Part shown: piece by piece, positions 48,401-60,692 of the stretch
Layout of the letters: each line of letters starts with the position of its first letter
How positions within the stretch are numbered: position 1 is the stretch's first letter
Assembly (NCBI RefSeq): GCF_001447785.1
Contig: NW_015163751.1
Location: 1 to 64,000 of the forward strand
Direction: 5' to 3'
Source: Gekko japonicus
Lineage: Eukaryota
Length of the DNA: 64,000 nucleotides
The notes under the pieces: model-generated
What the model saw: only the letters and a program-made list of their open reading frames with translations
The model's database searches: none
Told to the model about the DNA's origin: nothing
Position numbers and translations under genes: made by a program

Positions 48401-51400
48401 GGTGAAGTGGCAGGACTGAAAATCAACTGTAAAAAACCAAAAATGCTTATTAAAAATATGACCAAACTTCAAGCACATCAGCTACAAGAACTATCAGGCC
48501 TGGAAATTCAAAAGAAGGTATAATATTTAGGAATAAACAGATGCAGTTCTTTGATGGAAAACAATTATATGAAACTTATAAAAGACATAAAGGCTTGGAA
48601 AAATGGAAAAACCTTCAAATATCCTTAATGGGAAGAACTGCCTTGTCAAAACGACTATATTACCAAGATTTATATTTTTATTCCAAACAATACCTATTCT
48701 TCAAAACCAAAAATATTTCAAATAACTTGATAAACTGACTAAACAATTTATTTGGCAAGATATGAGGTCAAGAATAAAGCTTAAAGCATTACAAGATGCT
48801 AAAGAGAGAGCTGGCTTTGCATTATCAGACTGGCTTATGTATTACAGAGCAGCAGCCTTGACATGGTTAAAAGATTGGATTACTCTAGAAAACATAAGAC
48901 TACTGAAACTAGAAGGACATGACCTTCTGTTAGGTTGGCACTCTTTTATATGGTATGGTAAAGCAAATACTCATAAGTATTTTAAACAACATTTTATTAG
49001 ATCATCCTTATTGAAGGTGTGGGAAGAAAGCAAAAGTAATTTCTACACTAAGATACCAAAATGAGTTGCACCATTAGAACCTTTACAAACCTTAATTTAT
49101 TTCAGGAAGACACAATGTTAAGATATGAAGATCTACTGGACAATAGACATGAATTAAAGCCAATGGAATCCCTAACTTGGTGGCAAAAAGCACAAATTGA
49201 ATCAAGATATATCAAAGGTGATAGGTTTTTATGACAAAAACCAGTAATAGATAAGATATTGATGTATTCTGATGAGAAACTGATTAAGAAATTTTATTTG
49301 TTATTGTTAGATATTAAGACCCAAGATGAAGGAGTTAAAATGTTATGATAAAATGGGCACAAAACCTGGGTCATAATACTGAGTTGGACCAATGGTCACA
49401 AATATGGGAAATATATATATAAAGATTACCAAAGCAACTTCATATAAACAAAATATTTAGAAAACGTTTTATAGATGGCATATTTCTCCTGATAAACTGG
49501 CAAAAATTTATCCTAATTGCTCAAATGTATGCTGGAAATGTCAAAATAATGGCATATCTTATTACCATATGTGGTGGTTATGTGATAGAGTTTAAAAGTA
49601 TTGGTTTTGGATTCATGAAATTCTACAAAAAATGTTAACATGTTGTGTACCCTTTGTTCCAGAAATATTTTTATTGAATACCTTACCTGAAAATTGTAAA
49701 ATTACCTTATATTACATGTAATTGCAACTGTGAGAATACTGTATGCTAAATATTGGAGAAGAACAGATCCCCGAGAGAAGAAATTTTAAGTAAAATTTTG
49801 GAAACTGTGGAGATGGACAAATAACTTGAATTTTGAAAGGACAACCTGAGTCCACATTCAACAATGCATGGTCAAGATTTTACTAGTAGTTTGAACACTA
49901 TAGCAAATAAACTACACAGACGTTCAAAACGCTTTAAGGATATGCAAAAATATAACTTCGATACATTTGCAAGAGATGTGCATAATGCTTTGTGGTGAAA
50001 TAGATAAGTATACCAGTTGTTATGCAGAAGTTTGTTAAACAAGAATTGGTAAGAATATTTTTCCCTCTTACATGTTTGTTTTTCCCTATAAAAATACAAA
50101 AATTGACAAAAAAAGATATAGCACTACACCTCTGAGTACCATTCCAGGTATTTTCTACTGGACTTCCAACTCCAGATGAAGACAGCTGCACTCGGAGAAG
50201 AGGAGAAATTCCTTAGAAGTTAAAAACACTCACCTTGGATGCTAAGAAACAGCTCACAGTGTTGATTTTCATGATGTCATGGAAGTCTTGGGTGCTCATT
50301 TCTTCTATCGGTTTGAAATAACCTGTTTGTGAGAGGATTTAAAGTGGGTTTTACAGAGGCAAGGCACACAAACATTTCTGGAACATGCTGATGGATTTCA
50401 CACTTGTTTTTAATGTAATGCCACTTTGAGCACAACCTCAAGCCACACAGAATCATCAGATCGTCTGGAAGTAAGAGTAGCCCAGTAGTCCCAGTATGTC
50501 CCTGACATGAAGTAATCATGTCAGGGACACTGTGCTGCCCCCAGTCAGCGTTATCTGTAGTTTAGTAAAACTGTGCTGTATCTTTAAGACTTGTTGCTCC
50601 TGGGAATTGTAGTTTGCAGTTAGAGGTCTCAGAAGCTTCCCTCTGACTGGCTCATTAAGAGCAATTTCCTGACTTTATGGTTCTTTTCCGTTTCTTTGTT
50701 CATCAACCCTTACGGCAAGGAGAGGGGAAACCCATCTCTTTCTCACCGCGGCTATAAAACTGACCTATATCACAAGATATAGCCTTCCACCCAGATATCA
50801 GCTGATGTGAGTAAAATATTGTCTGACTGTGTGTGAAGCGAAATAAAGATGATTTAGGCTTTCTCAGTAGTCGTGGTTGAATCACACCTAGAGGCGTTGG
50901 CTTAGCACAGCTAGCACCGGACAGGACAGACACCACGTGCAGTGATGTCACCCTGGCCCCCAATCCCGGAAAACTCTTGCCCACCTCCACCGGCAGAAAG
51001 TAAGCACCTGGCAACCCTACGGTGGAAAGTTTTACTTCCTCGAACCCTTTACTGATCAAGTGCATTCTGGCTTTTGAATAAACAGGAAATTTTATTTATT
51101 TATTTATTTATTTTGGGATTTGTATCCCACCCTATCCAACAGCTCAGGGCGGCTAACAGATGGCTATGCCGAAGTTAAAATATAACACAGTAGACAGTAC
51201 AGCAGTAAAACAATGTTACCTACAAATAAAATTCGGTGCTCAAATAATTTACATAAAAAGACACAAGATGCACAACGTCCCACACTGGCGGCCAAGTTCT
51301 TCATAGCATGAGCGCCAGGAGGAATGTTTCCCCGGCTCAATTGGGCGACATCTACCCCCTCCAAATGAGGTAGATGGTTGGAATCTCAGTGGTGGAATAG

Positions 51401-54400
51401 TGGTGGCGGTGGCTCCCCCTCAAAGGCCTGGTGGAAGAGCTCCGTTTTGCAGGCCCTGCGGAACTACACCAGGTACCGCAGGGACCGGATCTCCTCCGGG
51501 AGCTTGTTCCACCAGGTGGGAGCCGCCACCGAGAACACCGTAGCCTTAGTTTGGGCCAACTTCACTCCTCGGGGACCTGGAACTTCCAGGAGGTGGGAAT
51601 TCCCCGATCGCAGTGCTCTTGGGGGAATATATGGGAAGAGGCGGTCCCTTAGGTAGGAAATGACCTCACATCCAGGAAATGACCTCACATCCAGAAACAA
51701 ACATCACAGGGATTCTTCCCAGGCCCCAAAAGTTTGAACGTCACTCACTAGTTCCCGCGTTGTTCACCAGGCAGTCCAGGCATCCGTAACGTTCTACAGT
51801 TACCGAAATCAGCCTCTGCAGGAACAAAGATGAAGACGCATCAAAGGCAGGGCAAGGATTAACAACAGAATCGAGAATGCTGCCATTCCAGAGCTGCAAG
51901 CGACCATCCACATATGTGCCCCAGAAAGCACTGAGGTCGGGGCTACAAAATCGCCTGGCTCTCCCTGGCTTGAAAGACACCAGACTGGCTACCACCAGAG
52001 CCAGGGCATTTTCGCTGGTGGCCCCATACTGGTGAAATGAGCTCCTGGAGGACATCAGGGCCCTGCGGGACCTCTTACAGTTCTGCAGGGCTTGTATAAC
52101 AGAGCTCTTCCACCAGGCATTCGATTAGGAGCCGCCACCGATGAATTGAATCATCGGAACATCTATGGCCCCTGATATACCACTGGTTATACCAGCAATG
52201 GACCGTCTACTGAAGATCGACATCATTCGTATTATATTGAATTTTAGTACTGTACGCTATTTTAACTAATTTATTGGACTTACTGTTTTATGTTATTGTG
52301 ATTGTTGTACACCACCTTGAGCCAGCTTGTCTGGCGAGGAGGGATAGAAATTAAAGCAATAAAATAAATAAATCACCTACTCGGGGCTGCACCTGTTCCA
52401 GGTGTTGGGAGCAAGACAGAGACGGGTGGGCAGCAAAGGAGCCTGGGGGGAGGGGAGAGGAGAGGGGCAACCAGAGCAGAGGGCTCCTGTGTGGTTTGGG
52501 GGACGAGGCCTGATCCAGACTGGGGAGGGGGAAGCTTAGGCATTTGGTGGTTGAGGGTCTTTGAACCCTAAGCTGCCTCCTGCCGGAATACACCAGGGTC
52601 TTGTATACAAGGAAGAAGAGGAAAGAAGATCCTGCAGGGAGCAGCAAGTTCTAGCTCGAGAGGACTGTAGAGGGAAGTACTTTCTTTCTAGATGGGCTTC
52701 TCATTGTCTGTCTTCAGAATGATCTTCTTTGGCTTTCCTTCTGAAAGAGTCTAGAAGTCTCTGCCTCTCACTTACCAGGGTAGCTAGGTTTACATCTTCT
52801 GTTTCCTATCCACTTTCTTAGTTCCACAAATAAAGCTCACTCTTAACCAATTCCCTGCCCCAACTGCTGCATAACCATTCAGCTATAACACCTCCAGCCT
52901 GACTAAGCACAGAGTTAAGGAGGCAATGTTTGGGCTCATCTTCTGATCCTTGCCCATTTTCAGACTCCAGAGCATGCTGTGACTGTGAGGAGGACTAGAA
53001 GTTTTAAGCTGATGGAGAAATTCAATGGAACCCCAGGGCAAGAACTTAAGCAGAGGAGAGACACATGACATTATAGGTGATATAGTCTGAATTTATGAAA
53101 GAGGAGCATAAATCAAGGGGAGAGGCCTAGAAGAGCACCGTTATGGCCATTTAGACACCTGAGAATTAGAATACAGAGAACGGTTTTAGTGATGGGCTCA
53201 GAGATGAAAGGACATTTCTTGGAAGTGCTGCATAAGAACCCCCAAAGAAGCACCACTCTTCTTCTCCCAGTTCTCACCTACCTTAATGTTTGACTCACTG
53301 CGAACATCACAGACCTGGTAGAAAGCATCCCCTGGGCACCCTGAAGCCTGCAGCTCCCTCTGAATTGCTTGTCCCTCTTTCGCTGCAAGGGTGGTGGTGG
53401 TGGGGGGGGGGGAGAGAACAGAACGGTTGTCAGCAGGACAAAACTTCTAACCCTGCCTTTTTTGTGTGCAGCCTTTGTTTTATCCATCTGTTTCCCTTTC
53501 CAGCAGTGCTGAAACTCCAGGTACACACAGGCACGTTTACTAAGTGTGTTGATGATTGCTGCTCCTTTCTCTTGGTTGTCTTTTCTCCATTTGGAGAAAG
53601 GCGGGCAAAAAGGCCTGCAATCTGCAAACTATACAAATACATTCTGTTTTAAATGGGCAGGCAGGTCCTGTTTACTGCTACCTACAGGAACAGGGGAAGA
53701 CAAAGAACTTGATGATTGGCTAGGAAACTGAAGGATTATTAGGTTAGCAGAGCCCATCTGGGTTGTGTGTACTGACAAGAACCAAGTCACACACAGAGCC
53801 TCATTATTTTTGAGAAACTATTATGAGTCCTTTATTTACAGTTTCAATTTATATACCACCCTTCCCTGAGTTCACAGGGCTAAGAATGGTTGACAACAAC
53901 AACAACAACAAAATACAATATAAAACAAAAAATAAAACAGTTAAAGTTAAAAAACCCCAAAACTTAAAATGGCACCAAAGTAGATACAATATGTATCACT
54001 GTCCCACAAGTGGGAGAAAGTGGGGTGGGGGTCGGGGAGTGCCAGATAAGATGGCCCTTGTTGCTGTCCTCAGCTAAAAGCCTGGTGGAACATCTCTGCC
54101 TTACATGCCCTGTGGAAATGCTTCAGGTAGAAAGCTCCACCAGGTAGTTGCCAGGGCTGAAAAAGCCCTGGCTCTGCTCAAGGGCAGCCAGACATCTTTT
54201 GGGCTAGGGATCACCAGCAGATAATTTCCAGCAGAACACAGAGCTCTTCGGGGGAAATACCAGAGGAGGCGGTCCCGAAGATACATGGGTCCCAGACCGC
54301 TCAAGGCCTTAAAGGTCAATACCAAAACCTTGACCCTGACCCGGTACTCCCCGGGGAGCCAGTGCAGCTGGTGCAGCAGTCCGCGGTGTCTCTTCTCGCA

Positions 54401-56770
54401 TCCTTCCGTGTAGTATGCGGGCGAGGGTGTATCGGGAAGGAGAGAACAACTTACTTGCGCTTTAAAGGGCTTGTTGTTTTTGTTTCTGCCCAGTCATGTG
54501 TTTGATCATTAGTAAATAGATATTAAATTGACTTTTAATCGGTGAGTCTCTGTCCATTTTCTCGTACGTATCTTGCTGTGGACTAAAACTTCAGATGAAA
54601 CATCCCTTGTTTGCCCCTCTGGAGACCCCTCGAAGAGCTCTTCCACCCTCTCTGGGTCCATTTCAGGAAACACGATGCCCAGAGAAAGGGGCTTTTGTAG
54701 TGGTGGCACCTGACCCAATATGGAGGAAAGGTGGCCTGGTATAGTCCAGTCTCGTCAGATCGTGGATGCTAAGAGCATGGCTGGTACTTGAGCGAGAGAC
54801 TACCAAGGAAGGCTCTGCAGAGGAAGGCAAAGGTAAACCATCTCTGCTTCTTTCCTGAGAAAAAGCCCCTTGCTGGAGTCGCCCATGCTTGTTGGCACCG
54901 GCAGAGGTACCTGACCGATTAAGTAGCATCCCATTTGATCCCCACCTGCCCCAAACAGTTCTTTTTACCCAAACTTGTAAGGAAGGAGTAGTTCTTTCAA
55001 AATTCTTTTTGACATTTTAGGGTAATGACTGTTATGAAAATCATTTCAGGCTTACAAAATCTTTTATGTTACTTAATGCACTGGCTAGGGTTTTAATCTT
55101 TTAAATTAACAATGGTCCCGGTCACACAGGCCGGGGGAAGCATGGCTAATTGCCCTGGCGCAGTTTGATCCATGATTACACGATTAGATGTGCCGGCGAC
55201 ACACCACCGGTCCTTCCCTCGGCGCCGGCGGGTAGATGAGGGACCGGAAGGAAATGCCGCATGCCAGTGCAATCACACCATGGGCGTCTGGAGGCACCCC
55301 ATGGCAAACGTTTACTAGTACCTTGGAGGTACTAGTTTTTTAACGTGCATTGTCGGCGGTAAACCATGGGTACACTCCACTTCCCAGATGTTGGGGTGTG
55401 ATCGCACCCGGATAATCCACCCACCATGCGTGCCTCTCCCGCGGCAACTTTGCCGTGTGACCGGGGCCAATATATGCTGCTTTAAAGAGTTTATTAAGTT
55501 TTACTTTGTAAGCTACCTCAAGAAGGATCTCTGTTGAGGAGGGAAATGCCTTTTTGAAACAAATAAGAGGGCCCTGTCATGGGAGGGGGGGGAAGTAGAA
55601 AAAGTGCTCTAGACTCACCATTGGAGGCTTGTGAACAGAAGACCACATTGGCTCCCTGGCGAACTGGAGGGCAAAGAGAGAAAGGAACACAAGACAAAAC
55701 TCAGAGACTTGGCTCAGTCACAGATGCACAGCACGGGATGTATTCATTTGTTTAAAAGACTCAATTTCTACCTCCCCACCCCCCATTCAGGACCTCTAAC
55801 AACCTCAGAGAACTTTTTTGTGTGTGGCGGGGTTGTTTTCCGTCTCAGGAGGGGCAGCTTTCTGCAGGTAGATCTTCCGAACAAACCCTCTCTAATGATG
55901 GGAGCAGAAGCCCCCTCCCTTCCCAAGCCCTCCATGAAGACCCCTTTCGGGTGGGCAGCCATGGTGCTCTTCAGTAGAAGAGCCAGATTAGAGTCCAGGA
56001 GCACCTGAAAGGCCAAAAAGGTCTCCATGGGAGAAGCTTTTGAGAGGCAAAGCTCCATGAATTGTCAGATATCTGAGTCCGTAAAGTCGGACATACTCTG
56101 GAAATCTTGCTTCTCTTTGAGGTACTTTTGGGCTCAAATCTTGCTGTGCCAAAGCTCGGAAATATAGGACACCCAGTGCCTCTGTCCACAGGCTCACCGT
56201 CCTCATATCCGTCAGATTGCTACCTTGTATTCTGGCAGCCTGGACTTCAAGAGCTTTACAACAGGTTGAAGTTCAGCTGGTGCAGCTTCACTTGCCTAGA
56301 AAATAGGAGCTGCCCACCCTTTACCAGAATCTGAACCACAGGTAATAGGGATAGTTCTTGCATCATACACACACACACTAATTTCTTATTACTTTTGATA
56401 ACAAAAGAAAGTGTCTTGTGGAACATCAAAGGCAAGTGAAAAGCCTCAAGTTCACAAGACCTTAGGTCAGAAGATACTACTACATGAGTCCTTTTTGTGT
56501 TTACAGGACAGACAAAAATGCCTCTGAGGACATAAAGAAGACTTCCCTCCCTCCCAGTTTCTCTCCACCCCAGATTAGAGATGTAGGGAGCAAGACTTCC
56601 TGAGTCTTCCAGGCAGTCTTGACCCCAGCCCCTGTTGGCAGAACATGCCCACTCCTCCATGCCCACTTCTCTCCTTTCTCACCAAATTCTCTCACGATGG
56701 CCAGACCAATGCCTGAGGTGCCACCAGTCACAATCACCACCTTGCCCGGGTAACGCAGCCAAGTTGCCAT
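39217..56770 (-). CDS. HSD17B14: HSD17B14-like SDR, copy C, complete 9-exon gene, 285 aa (complement join 56770-56683,55663-55619,53382-53282,51815-51749,50322-50234,47854-47750,46676-46609,45296-45200,39414-39217)
   Basis: Exon sizes are identical to copy B (88/45/101/67/89/105/68/97/198) with an open frame throughout. MATWLRYPGKVVIVTGGTSGIG, LDCLVNNAG, YALPYLR, ISPGHILTPL, FCTGLNLLISGGAEVGFG. Confidence 0.92.
39950..40154. mobile_element. 205-bp hAT MITE (same family as 6654-6859)
   Basis: TIRs plus 8-bp TSD actgcaag. Confidence 0.9.
40172..42150. mobile_element. LTR-type insertion (TG...CA, 5-bp TSD gtaat) containing a deleted Gypsy element
   Basis: TSD at 40167-40171 and 42151-42155; integrase ARSYVWWPGLDRDIE..CQPC..RLHLDFAGP..VDAYSKW..VTDNG at about 40870-41410; polypurine tract then 3' LTR starting at 41810. 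Confidence 0.8.
42180..43100 (-). mobile_element. fragments of the same L2 insertion in copy C intron 8
   Basis: reverse complement matches pieces of 28740-29960 (GKVLGWVVASQL, CQQYVDDAQLY). Confidence 0.7.
42705..42945 (-). mobile_element. Squam3-like SINE
   Basis: reverse complement of the 1349-1625 family. Confidence 0.75.
43190..45120. repeat. long inverted repeat (arms about 43190-43620 and 44715-45120) around (GGAA)n and (TATG)n microsatellites
   Basis: e.g. cccttgagacctttccaatatgattcaagtctctcagaaatataattcag at about 43458 is reverse-complemented at about 44826. Confidence 0.8.
45200..45296 (-). CDS. HSD17B14: copy C exon 8
   Basis: ISPGHILTPLMERDVNQKPNPEAAMHKAIDSK|GCaagt (GC donor). 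Confidence 0.88.
46609..46676 (-). CDS. HSD17B14: copy C exon 7
   Basis: GAVIAMTKALAIDESKYDVRIN ag|GTaaaa. Confidence 0.9.
47458..47696 (-). mobile_element. Squam3-like SINE (internally deleted)
   Basis: cttaaccactacaccaaactggctc head; purine tail on +. Confidence 0.75.
47750..47854 (-). CDS. HSD17B14: copy C exon 6 (active-site exon)
   Basis: YALPYLRETKGNIINIASIVGVFGKKDDVAYVSSQ|GTaatc. Confidence 0.9.
48093..50115 (+). mobile_element. 5'-truncated L1-clade LINE in copy C intron 5 (antisense to the gene)
   Basis: KGTRQGCPL, YKLQAFADDL, LLKLEGHDL..GWH; A-rich tail; about 19-bp TSD atatag(t/c)acta(t/c)acctctg; empty site in copy B. Confidence 0.88.
50234..50322 (-). CDS. HSD17B14: copy C exon 5
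   Basis: YFKPIEEMSTQDFHDIMKINTVSCFLASK|GTgagt. Confidence 0.88.
51090..51655 (-). mobile_element. L2 3' fragment
   Basis: YLRDRL..PRALRS..FSVAAPTWWNKLP; (taaa)n tail. Confidence 0.75.
51749..51815 (-). CDS. HSD17B14: copy C exon 4
   Basis: RLISVTVERYGCLDCLVNNAGT a|GTgagt. Confidence 0.9.
51895..52372 (+). mobile_element. L2 3' fragment
   Basis: RARAFSLVAP-like sequence, gagctcttccaccaggc, aataaa tail. Confidence 0.7.
53282..53382 (-). CDS. HSD17B14: copy C exon 3
   Basis: KEGQAIQRELQASGCPGDAFYQVCDVRSESNIK|GTaggt. Confidence 0.88.
53830..54380 (-). mobile_element. L2 3' fragment
   Basis: VLTFKALSGLGPMYLRDRL...RARAFS. Confidence 0.75.
55114..55468. mobile_element. PIF/Harbinger-type MITE
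   Basis: TIR ggtcccggtcacac/gtgtgaccggggcc; TSD aat. Confidence 0.78.
55619..55663 (-). CDS. HSD17B14: copy C exon 2
   Basis: tccAG|tt cgc cag ... aat g|GTgagt; VRQGANVVFCSQASN. Confidence 0.88.
56683..56770 (-). CDS. HSD17B14: copy C exon 1
   Basis: MATWLRYPGKVVIVTGGTSGIGLAIVREF g|GTgaga. Confidence 0.92.
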
Positions 56771-56824
56771 GCCAGCTGTTTGCCTCTGTTTCTCTGAATG
56801 ACTAAAATCTTGTAGAGCTTTGCC

Positions 56825-56830
56825 TATATA
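56825..56830 (-). promoter_or_regulatory. candidate TATA element of copy C
   Basis: TATATA about 55 bp upstream of the ATG, inside a 5' flank conserved with copy B (which has TGTATA at 13898-13903). Confidence 0.3.
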
Positions 56831-57360
56831 GGCTCTTGGGTGGAGCAGTGCCACTTATTTAGTTGGGGGGAGTGTCCATGGCTCGTCTGCTCACTGTGGG
56901 GTGTGGAGCATGAGGGTTGGTCCTTTCTGAACTGGGAGAAGAATAATGTGGTGGGAGAGCTTTTCAGAAGCTCCTGTGTTTGCTGCAAGGGATGGCTTCA
57001 TTGCTGAAAGGCCTAAACTGAAGAAGCAGTAAACAAGATCTATGTAGGAAGCAAGTCTCCTTGGATTCCCATTCATGACCTTGCTGCTGAGGATATTTCT
57101 TGTAGTATGGGAGGGATGGGTCCCCTCCCACCCATTCCCTCTTCACTAAAATCCCTTCCTCAAGAAAATGTTTGCCCCCATCTCCTTAAATTCAGCCTCA
57201 TTTCTTCTCACCTGGGCTTTTCATCCTAGCCTCAAGGTTAGGGTTGTCAGGTCCTTGCCAGTGGGGAAGCAGGGTGGGGATTTAACAGAAGAAGGAAAGT
57301 GGCCCAGAGACCAATCTCACTTCTGGTCACATTCTGGTATTTGGTCAAAAACTCTATGGT

Positions 57361-57890
57361 GGCTCCGGTCACACGGCCAGGAAAATGCGGGAGGGGAGCG
57401 TGGCTCTTTGCCCCGGGGCAAACTAACGCGCGGTTAAGCGATCAGACCTCCCATGGAGGTTCCGTCGAGGTCCCGTGGAGGTCCCGTGGGTAGGGAGAGG
57501 TGTCGATCACAGGACAATCCGGCACGCAACAAAGAAGCGCGCTGTGAGGCAAAGTGTTTTTTTTTGTGTGTGTACACCAAACCTGCGCATGCTCTGTTGG
57601 GTGCTTGTGCGCATCCACGGAGACTTGGAAAAAAAACCCCCTTTTTTGCAAGGGGACATGGGCGGGCGCCGGATGCCACCGGAAACGCGATCAGATGCCC
57701 GCCCTTGCCCCGCGGTTTTCGGAAACTAGTACCTCTGAGGTACTAGTTTTTTGCCGTGCGTCTTCGGCGGGAAGCCTCGGTTGAGCCATGGGAGTGCTAC
57801 GATTCCCAGATGTGCCGGTGAGATCAGGCCCGGAAACTCCACCTGTCTTCCGTCTCTCTAGTGTGGCTAATGTTCCGTGTGACCGCAGCC
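57361..57890. mobile_element. PIF/Harbinger-type MITE (530 bp, sister of 15193-15722)
   Basis: TIR ggctccggtcacacgg/ccgtgtgaccgcagcc; TSD ggt. Confidence 0.82.
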
Positions 57891-57914
57891 GGTAAATGGC
57901 TTTTACCTAAGTTG

Positions 57915-59070
57915 CTGCACAGGATGTTGTGAGCAGAAAGAGGAGAGCCATGTGCGTCACCTGAGGCTTTTTTGGGGGGAAGGCAGAGTCCAAAAAGTCT
58001 CTTTAAGACACACCAGCTCAGATGCCACACTGATAAAGAAGACTCATGTACTTTATTCTTGCAGGTAGGGTTGCTGCATTTCAAACTGGTCTCTCACTGG
58101 TTCCTTTAGTATCGATTTGTTCCACACAAAATATCAAGGGGGCGTCATTCACTTTCATGCCTTGGAAATCCTCAACTGCCCATTTGCCCGCCCACCCCTC
58201 GAATGAAACACAGCACAAATGATGGGTTAAACTGGGACTTTATTTACATACAAGCTGATCTGCATAATTTATACCGATTAAGCACGGGTTGCACTGGGCC
58301 TGCGAAGCAGGCTTCTTAACAGGGCAAACCCACCCCAGTTTCGAGCTAGGTCCAGCATCCAGCCATCTCTGATAGGGCAGTGCTCCTGCACTGTGCCCTC
58401 ATAGGCTTCTCTCACTCTCATGATTCCATCTGAGGATGTGGGGGATGGGCAAAAGCCTGCGCTCGCACATGGGCAAGTACGGGTCTTCCACACATAAGGG
58501 AGAGGACATTCTCCCCCAGGCCTGTTGGCCACCCTGATTCCCAGGTTTCCAGTCCTGTAATGTCTGAGTGGCAAGTAGAAATTCAGTATAACTCCCTCTC
58601 CCAGAATGAAAGACAGCAACCCCATCTTGGATTTAGCTTCACCCGGCCCCGACTCTAATAGTGTAAGCGAGAGCTAAGCCCTGGAATGTCACTTCTCTAT
58701 TTAGGCTGTAGGTGGTCATATGAATGTGCACCAGGACAGAGAGTCCAGGAAATGGTGGAACTTCATTAGATGTCTCCTGTTGATGTTTTGTGTTTACTTC
58801 CTCTTCTCTAACAACTGTGTCTTTTCTGATCCCAAATCTCATCCTCTAAGAAAAAAACACTTCAAGGAAAAGAGAAGCCATAAATGTGTTGTTGCTGTTT
58901 GGCTTTAATACATGAAAATAAGTTTGCACCGGGAGCTCCCCTTCCTGATTGAACTGGGTTTGGTGCCCTCTTCCTGGCCTTACAGCTTCCCTTCTCTGCA
59001 CCTCCAAACTCTCTGCCTGGATTCATTTGCTTCTCCCTCTTAACTCCCTTTCTGTTTGTCTATTGACAAT
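57915..59070 (+). repeat. orphan copy of the HSD17B14-like 3' flanking region with no exons
   Basis: collinear with about 34635-35730 (+) and about 38200-39030 (-). Confidence 0.75.
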
Positions 59071-60692
59071 CAGTGAAACTCCCTGACTGCTTGGGTCAAT
59101 ACCAGACACCTGGCAACCCAATCCAGATCCTGAAGGTGAGTGATGACCTCTCAATTCAGGGCCTTACTATTCAGGTTACAATTTTTTGACAATCCTGCCC
59201 TTGGGCAAAATCTGGCTTGGCGTAAGGCAGCTCTTGTAGTCCTTTGGCCAATGTCCTGGAAGCGCTTGCTTGCGGGTAGTTTCCCAGGGTAGGCACATTG
59301 GTCTGCAGAAGAACCAAGTAGCACCTTAGGGACCAAAACAGAACAGGAAGAAACTTCAGCCTGGTAAACCAGGTAATGAAGAAGGCTGAGAAAAAGCCTC
59401 TTAACAGAATGAATTCTGATGGGTTCTGCGAGGATCAGGGCTGTGTGCGAGCGGCGCCTGCTTAAAATAACTAACTTTGCTTCTTAGACGGCAACTAACA
59501 TCTTAAAATGCTCTCGGGAAAAGAGAGCGAAAGCAAGGGGTGCATGAGCTAAACATCGGGGGGGGGGGTAGGCAAAATCCCCAGTGTGGCGGGCTTTGAC
59601 CCTGAAGTGAGAGGCAAAGGCAAGGCTCGGCATGAAGAAATGCCGAGTGAAAGCGGGGCCATGAGAACGGGAGGAGTCGCCGTTGGGATGCGCTAGAAGA
59701 TGGCTGGAAAAGCTTTGAAATTAAGTATAACAAAAGAAAAGAAAATCCATCCATTCTGATTGCTAAAAGAGTAAAAAGCAGGTTGGGCTGAGGGAAAAAT
59801 TTTGTCTGCTCTGAAAGGTGGGGAGAAGTGGTTTGCCCTGTTGAAGTGGCTATTAAGAGTAGCAGGATGAGAGTTAGTGGGGCAAAGACAATTTAAGTGA
59901 GTAAAAAGTATTAGCAGAAGTATTTACCTGTAAATTGAGATGAAACAGGAAGGACGCACCTGAATCGGTGTTTGTTTGTTTTGTTTTCTCTCATGTTGAC
60001 CTGGAGATGCTGTTCCTTTAACGATGCCATCTCTCCCTTATATATAATTGTATAAGATGCAAACTCACACAGCGGAGAGAAAATGCGCACCCACAGTGTT
60101 TGGCCGGCTGAGCTGTCCCTCAAAGGCTTACCCAGGTTCCATTGGCCATGTTGTCTGAGTCCCGCCTCCGACGTAGCTTCACGCAACGGACCGCCACAAG
60201 GGAAAGCGGCAGCGGGTACGGACGAGGGCCAGGAGGCAACTTTCCGCGCAGGTGACACGGAGGTCGCCGCCATGGCCGAGGTGCTACTCGCCTATCTGGT
60301 GGGCCAGAAGGTGAGATCCATGAGTGGCTGGAGGCGCCGGCCTCCTCGATAAGAGTGGGGAGGGGGAGTAGGCGAGGGAGCCGTGTGCTCCTGCTCCGTC
60401 TGCTGCTTCTGCAGCGGCGCTTGCCTGCCGCCGTGGCCGCAGCCATCTTAAACACAGCCACTTCCCTTCTCCCCCCACTTTCTCTCTCTCTCTCTCTCCC
60501 TCCCTCCCCCACCCGCCCACTTCGCCAACCCACCTGCCCCACCGAACAGACGGATAGACAAAAACAGGAGAACACTGGGAAACCAGTGAAAAGAGGAAAA
60601 AGAAACACAAATTCAAAGCAAACAGTATCACACATACTAACGAGGTTTCGATACAAAATCAGAGGACAACACGTTAAAAAGTAAAAATAAAA

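Noticed and set aside
13959-56770. Calling copies B and C conventional pseudogenes
   Set aside because: No frameshift, premature stop or broken splice site was found in any of their exons; only targeted active-site substitutions.
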